A stretch of 64,000 bases of DNA from Rhodospirillales bacterium RIFCSPLOWO2_02_FULL_58_16 (GTDB lineage Bacteria > Pseudomonadota > Alphaproteobacteria > Rhodospirillales > 2-02-FULL-58-16), in assembly GCA_001830425.1 (NCBI GenBank), contig MIAA01000014.1:13891-77890 (forward strand), in the 5' to 3' direction. The notes beneath the pieces are model-generated. The model did not search any database, was not told the DNA's origin, and saw nothing but the letters and a program-made list of their open reading frames with translations. Below are positions 59,593 through 64,000 of the stretch, in pieces. Numbering within the stretch: position 1 is the stretch's first letter; each line of letters begins with the position of its first letter. Position numbers and translations under genes: made by a program.

Positions 59593-60414
59593 ATGGGGAC
59601 GTTGGTTGATGACAAGGACGGGCTTCCGGCTGCGGAAGTCGGAGAATGGGCCAAACAAAAGCACGATTACCTGTGCCGCTACCTGAACATCTCTCGTTAT
59701 ACCCGCACCATGTTCCTCAAAGGCCATTCAAAGTCGGCGACGTTCATCGACTTGTTCTGTGGCCCCGGCAGGGCCATGGTAAAAGAGACCGGCGAGTGGA
59801 TCGACGGTAGCGCCGTCGCCGCCTGGAAGGTCAGCCAGAAAGGTAGTGCGCCGTTTTCGGATATCTACGTCGCCGACATCGACGATGAACGGCGTGCGGC
59901 CACGGTCGAGCGTCTTAAGCGGCTCAAGGCACCTGTACGGGAACTCAAGGGATCAGCCGTCGATGCCGCAGCCGAAGTGGCGGGAACCATCAATCCTTAT
60001 GGCCTACATTTCGCCTTCATTGATCCATTCAGCCTGGGTGCTCTGGATTTCAAGATCATCCAATCGCTCGCGCTCTTGAAACGCATCGACATGCTGATCC
60101 ATGTGAACGCCATGGACCTTCAGCGAAACTGGAAAATTAATCTTGGGCCGGACGGGTCAGCCTTTGACATCTTTGCACCGGGATGGCGCAAGAAGGTTGA
60201 CCTTGCCCGCCCGCCAAAAGAAATCCGTCGCCAGTTGATTGAATATTGGAGGGACTTGGTCGCCGACCTCGGCAAACGTCCATCAACCCGTATGAAACTG
60301 ATTACGGGAAGCAACGAACAGCGCCTGTATTGGCTACTGCTCGCGGCAGAAAACGATCTGGCGCACAAGTTCTGGAATGTCGCCACAGACAACGGCCAGG
60401 GATCGTTGTTCTAA
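59593..60414 (+). CDS. tcmP: three-Cys-motif partner protein TcmP-like
   Basis: LPAAEVGEWAKQKHDYLCRYL...ATFIDLFCGPGR... matches my recollection of TIGR04474. The ORF could start as early as 59509. Confidence 0.65.
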   Translation: MGTLVDDKDGLPAAEVGEWAKQKHDYLCRYLNISRYTRTMFLKGHSKSATFIDLFCGPGRAMVKETGEWIDGSAVAAWKVSQKGSAPFSDIYVADIDDERRAATVERLKRLKAPVRELKGSAVDAAAEVAGTINPYGLHFAFIDPFSLGALDFKIIQSLALLKRIDMLIHVNAMDLQRNWKINLGPDGSAFDIFAPGWRKKVDLARPPKEIRRQLIEYWRDLVADLGKRPSTRMKLITGSNEQRLYWLLLAAENDLAHKFWNVATDNGQGSLF

Positions 60415-60418
60415 CCGG

Positions 60419-61165
60419 TCAACAAGCGGAGTGAGTCTCCGGATAGGCGTTCCACGTCCGTCCCTTGAATACCCGGCCATTCGCCTTTTTGTGTCGCTTG
60501 ACGCCATCGACTCCCCAGCCGCCCCACTGCTTGAAAAAGAAGGCGACGCCGGCCTTGTCGGCTTGGCGCTTGACGTTTTCGACCCAAGCTTCCTCCATCG
60601 GTCGGGCCTTGTGGCCGGATTCTCCGCCGACGATCACCCAATGCATGCCGGCAAGATCGAAATAGCCGAGGTCTTCCAACTGCGGCTCGATTGAAAGAAA
60701 TCTGACCTTTGCATCGACCCGGCGCAAATGATTGATGCGCGGTAGCCCATAGGCGCGGTCTTCCACCGATACGCCCAACCAGACGTTCGGCGGACAACGG
60801 CGATCAGCAAAATACTCAGGTAGCCGCTCCGCTCGCTTGGTCAGAATCTGGTAGGTGTGCTGGGGGGTCTGGCCGATCACCGCGAACACTTCATCCAGAA
60901 ACGCATCCGGGATATCGCAGTGGAACAGGTCGCTCATCGAATTAACGAAATAGACTGTCGGCTTGCGGCGCGCCAATGGCTGAGCTATGCGCTTAGGGTG
61001 CAGCGCGAGATTAAAACCGTTTTCATAACCGGCGGCCCCCATGACATGAAGACGGCGCGCCATTGTTTCAGCGTAGCAGTGTTTACAACCGGGAGAAATC
61101 TTCGTGCAGCCGGTCGTCGGGTTCCACGTCTGTTCCGTCCATTCGATCTTCGAGTTCGCGCTCAC
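60419..61165 (-). CDS. DUF5131 / phage Gp37-Gp68 family three-Cys protein
   Basis: 248 aa. IEWTEQTWNPTTGCTKISPGCKHCYAE...VNSMSDLFH...VGGESG. It lies 17 nt downstream of rpe on the same strand. Confidence 0.8.
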   Translation of the reverse strand: MSANSKIEWTEQTWNPTTGCTKISPGCKHCYAETMARRLHVMGAAGYENGFNLALHPKRIAQPLARRKPTVYFVNSMSDLFHCDIPDAFLDEVFAVIGQTPQHTYQILTKRAERLPEYFADRRCPPNVWLGVSVEDRAYGLPRINHLRRVDAKVRFLSIEPQLEDLGYFDLAGMHWVIVGGESGHKARPMEEAWVENVKRQADKAGVAFFFKQWGGWGVDGVKRHKKANGRVFKGRTWNAYPETHSAC

Positions 61166-61182
61166 ATGCTTTCTCCGCCCGG

Positions 61183-61833
61183 CTACTTCAGCGCGTTGCG
61201 CAGTTCGCCGATGGTCGCCTTGTAGTCGTCGCCGCGAAAGACGGCGCTGCCGGCGACCACCGCGTCGGCGCCGGCGTCAACCACCGACTTGATGTTCTTG
61301 GCGTTGATGCCGCCGTCAACCATCAAATCAATGTTGCGCCGCCCGATCATCGAGCGGATACGTTGGATTTTCGCTAATTGGGACTCGATGAAACTCTGGC
61401 CGCCGAAGCCGGGGTTGACCGACATCACCAGGATCAGGTCCAGCCTGTCGATGACGTACTCGATCACTGATTCCGGCGTCGAGGGGTTGAGGGATACTCC
61501 CGCCTTCTTGCCGATCGATTTGATCAACTGGAGGCTGCGGTCTAAATGCACGTCGGCCTCGGCGTGGACGGTGATGATGTCGGCGCCGGCGTCGGCATAG
61601 CTCTGAATGAACGGCTGGGCCGGGTTGATCATCAAATGGACATCGAAAACCTTGTCGGTGCAATGCCTTATGCACTTGATCACCGGCGGGCCGAAGGTCA
61701 GGTTGGGAACGAAATGGCCGTCCATGACGTCGATGTGGATATAGTCGCACCCGGCAGCATCGACGGCGCGCACTTCCTCGCCCAGCCGGGAAAAATCCGA
61801 TGACAGAATGGAAGGGGCGATCTTGACGTGCAT
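61183..61833 (-). CDS. rpe: ribulose-phosphate 3-epimerase
   Basis: 216 aa. [10 protein letters not shown]...[16 protein letters not shown]...[10 protein letters not shown]. Confidence 0.96.
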   Translation of the reverse strand: MHVKIAPSILSSDFSRLGEEVRAVDAAGCDYIHIDVMDGHFVPNLTFGPPVIKCIRHCTDKVFDVHLMINPAQPFIQSYADAGADIITVHAEADVHLDRSLQLIKSIGKKAGVSLNPSTPESVIEYVIDRLDLILVMSVNPGFGGQSFIESQLAKIQRIRSMIGRRNIDLMVDGGINAKNIKSVVDAGADAVVAGSAVFRGDDYKATIGELRNALK

Positions 61834-61853
61834 AGGTTCCTCCGGGATGGAAT

Positions 61854-62753
61854 TTAAGCCTTGAGCCTTTTGCTCTCTTTCAGCAAAAGGCGGAGAATGG
61901 GGGTCAGGATCAACTCCATGGCCAGGCCCATCTTGCCGGCGGGAACGACGATGGAGTTGCGGCGCGACATCCAGGAATTATGCAGCATGCGCAGCAGGTA
62001 GGGGAAGTCCACCTCGAACTTCTCGGGATCGCTGAAGCGGATCACCACCAGACTCTCGTCGGCGGTGGGGATGTCGCGGGCGATGATCGGGTCGGAAGTA
62101 TCGACCACAGGCACCCGCTGGAAGTTGATGTCGCTGTGCTTGAACTGGGGCATGATGTAGTGAACGTAGTCGTGCATGCGCCTCAGTATCGTTTCCATCA
62201 CCGCTTCTTCCGAGTAGCCGCGCTGGCTGGTGTCGCGGTGGATTTTCTGTATCCATTCCAGATTGATTACCGGCACCACGCCGATCTTCAGGTCCACATA
62301 GCGGGATATGTCGATATTTTCGTTCTTCACCGTTATGCAGCCGTGCAGACCCTCGTAGAACAGCAGGTCGGTGCCCGCCGCGAACTCCTCCCACGGGGTG
62401 AACTGACCGGAACCGAGACCGAGGGCGGCGTAAGGCTCGGCCTCCTCGGCGTTGTGCAGGTACAGGCGGCGCTTGCCTTTCCCGGTCTCGCCGTAGGTTT
62501 TGAACAGGGTTTCAAGTTCCTTGAACAGGTTGGCCTCGGGGCCGAAGTGGCTGAAATTGGGGTTACCCTTGCCCGCCGCCTCCGCCACCGCCTGTTTCAT
62601 GGCGACCCGGTCATAGCGGTGGAAGCTGTCGCCCTCGATCACCACCGGAGTCAGGCCCTCGCGGCGGAACATATGCTCGAAGGCCACCTTGACCGTGCTG
62701 GTGCCGGCGCCCGACGAGCCGGTAACGGCGATGACGGGATGCTTGATCGACAA
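61854..62753 (-). CDS. prk: phosphoribulokinase
   Basis: 299 aa. [17 protein letters not shown]...[11 protein letters not shown]. Confidence 0.95.
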   Translation of the reverse strand: MSIKHPVIAVTGSSGAGTSTVKVAFEHMFRREGLTPVVIEGDSFHRYDRVAMKQAVAEAAGKGNPNFSHFGPEANLFKELETLFKTYGETGKGKRRLYLHNAEEAEPYAALGLGSGQFTPWEEFAAGTDLLFYEGLHGCITVKNENIDISRYVDLKIGVVPVINLEWIQKIHRDTSQRGYSEEAVMETILRRMHDYVHYIMPQFKHSDINFQRVPVVDTSDPIIARDIPTADESLVVIRFSDPEKFEVDFPYLLRMLHNSWMSRRNSIVVPAGKMGLAMELILTPILRLLLKESKRLKA

Positions 62754-62776
62754 ATCGGCTCCCTCCCTGAATCACT

Positions 62777-64000
62777 TTAACCGATGTTGAACGCCTTGCG
62801 CCAGCCGGGATAGAACTTGTCGGCGTCGGCGGGAAAACTTGTGAAGGCGCGGGCCAGTTCCTTGTGATCCCCGGCGTAATCAATCAGGTTCACGCCCGCC
62901 TTCCACGCCTCATGGCTTTGGCGCAGCGAAAGGGCGCCGGCGACCGCTCCGTCGATATGGCCGAAAGCGCCGCCGCCGGAGGTCTGGATAACGTTGGAAT
63001 GACCAAGATTAGTGAAAAAACCGGGAAGGCGCAGCGCGTTCATGCCGCCGGAAATGATCGGCGTCGTCGCCTTCATGCCTCCCCATTCCTGACGATAGAA
63101 GGGACCGTCAGCAGCGTCCCGCTCCAGCATGTAGGCGATCTTTTTGTCGGACGGATCGCCTTCCATCTTGCCGAAGCCCATGGTGCCGGTGTGGATGCCG
63201 GACGCCCCCAGCAGGCGCGACATCTTGCAGTGGACAAAGGCGGTGTAGCCGCGCCTGGACTGAGGCGAGGTGACGGCGCCGTGGCCGGCCCGGTGATAAT
63301 GCAGGAACTGTCCGGGGAAGTTGCGCCGGCAGGTGGTCACCGCCGTCGATCCGGCGACATAGCCGTCAACCAGAAAGGCCACATGCGAGGCGTTGTCGCC
63401 GAAGGTCTTGAGAATGTACTCGCCCCGGGCGATCATCTCCGCCGGGTCGTCGGCGGTGATATTGGCGGAAAACAGCTTGGCGGCGCCGGTTTCCTGTTGC
63501 GCCCGCTCCATGGCGTCGGCGACCAGGGCGATGGTCTCCTTGAGGGGCGCAAACACCTGATTGCCCTGGGGTTCGTCGTTCTTGATGAAGTCGCCGCCCA
63601 GCCAGAACTGGTGACAGGCGTCGGCAAAAGGCCGGGGCCGAAGGCCGAGCTTGGGCTTGATGATGGTGCCGGCGATCATGCCGCCGTCCTTGAGGGGACG
63701 GCCCAGCACCCGCCACATGTCCTCGATGTTCATCGCCGGGCCGTCGAACAGGGCCAAATAATCAGGCGGAAAGTAAAAATCATGCATCTTGGCGTATTCG
63801 ATGTCGCTCATGCCCTGGTTGTTGCCGATGGTCAGCGTCAGAAACGACGCCATCATCGCCCGGCCGTCGATGATGTTGAGATCGAACAAAGCGACGGGGT
63901 AGGCGATCTTCATGATCTCCTCGGCCTCGTTGATCTCATAGACCAGGGCATCGACGCCTCTGGTGAAGTCGTCGGTGGTGCAGACCTCGACGTTGGTGCC
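62777..64000 (-). CDS. cbbM: ribulose-1,5-bisphosphate carboxylase/oxygenase, form II (partial; the N-terminus lies beyond the window end)
   Basis: [12 protein letters not shown]...[14 protein letters not shown]...[15 protein letters not shown]...[14 protein letters not shown]. The reading frame stays open to position 64000. Confidence 0.95.
   Translation of the reverse strand, partial: GTNVEVCTTDDFTRGVDALVYEINEAEEIMKIAYPVALFDLNIIDGRAMMASFLTLTIGNNQGMSDIEYAKMHDFYFPPDYLALFDGPAMNIEDMWRVLGRPLKDGGMIAGTIIKPKLGLRPRPFADACHQFWLGGDFIKNDEPQGNQVFAPLKETIALVADAMERAQQETGAAKLFSANITADDPAEMIARGEYILKTFGDNASHVAFLVDGYVAGSTAVTTCRRNFPGQFLHYHRAGHGAVTSPQSRRGYTAFVHCKMSRLLGASGIHTGTMGFGKMEGDPSDKKIAYMLERDAADGPFYRQEWGGMKATTPIISGGMNALRLPGFFTNLGHSNVIQTSGGGAFGHIDGAVAGALSLRQSHEAWKAGVNLIDYAGDHKELARAFTSFPADADKFYPGWRKAFNIG

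Overview
This is a chromosomal segment of a GC-rich (about 60% by eye) alphaproteobacterium. Gene order and content look Rhodospirillales-like: form II RuBisCO with PRK and RPE, an H+-pyrophosphatase, and nuoN-birA-coaX-rnj synteny. Most of the window is housekeeping. It holds tig-clpP-clpX-lon-hup, a complete 14-gene nuoA-N complex I operon, rpiB-glyA-nrdR-ribD...ribE-ribBA-ribH-nusB-thiL, hppA and the 3' part of a cbbM-prk-rpe cluster. There are three tRNAs (Leu-TAG, Val-TAC, Asp-GTC) and a Crp/Fnr-linked molybdopterin oxidoreductase operon in B-C-A order. Several small, mostly AT-richer accessory insertions sit in this backbone. (1) A low-GC two-gene island (51.48-53.31 kb) encodes an enlarged ParA/MinD-type ATPase followed by a stand-alone RelA/SpoT-type synthetase-only protein. 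This is my best candidate for an undescribed toxin/defence-like system. (2) A low-GC two-gene cassette (membrane protein plus a 71-aa Pro/Lys-rich protein) is wedged tightly between nuoK and nuoL. (3) A TcmP-like protein is paired with a three-Cys DUF5131 (Gp37/Gp68) protein, abutting the Calvin-cycle genes. (4) An XhoI/PaeR7I-like type II R-M pair splits ribD from ribE, and I could not find a single CTCGAG in the whole window. (5) An orphan AAA+/wHTH ATPase lies between tag and rpiB. (6) There are three type II TA pairs: one ParE-type and two BrnT/BrnA, both BrnTA pairs next to tRNA genes. I also note several unexplained non-coding structures: a shared GC hairpin repeat, a 15-bp direct duplication, a 201-bp inverted-repeat-bounded element and a ~200-bp imperfect palindrome. 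I saw no rRNA, CRISPR array, integrase or transposase. All calls rest on reading the ORF translations and the DNA by eye. No database search was run.
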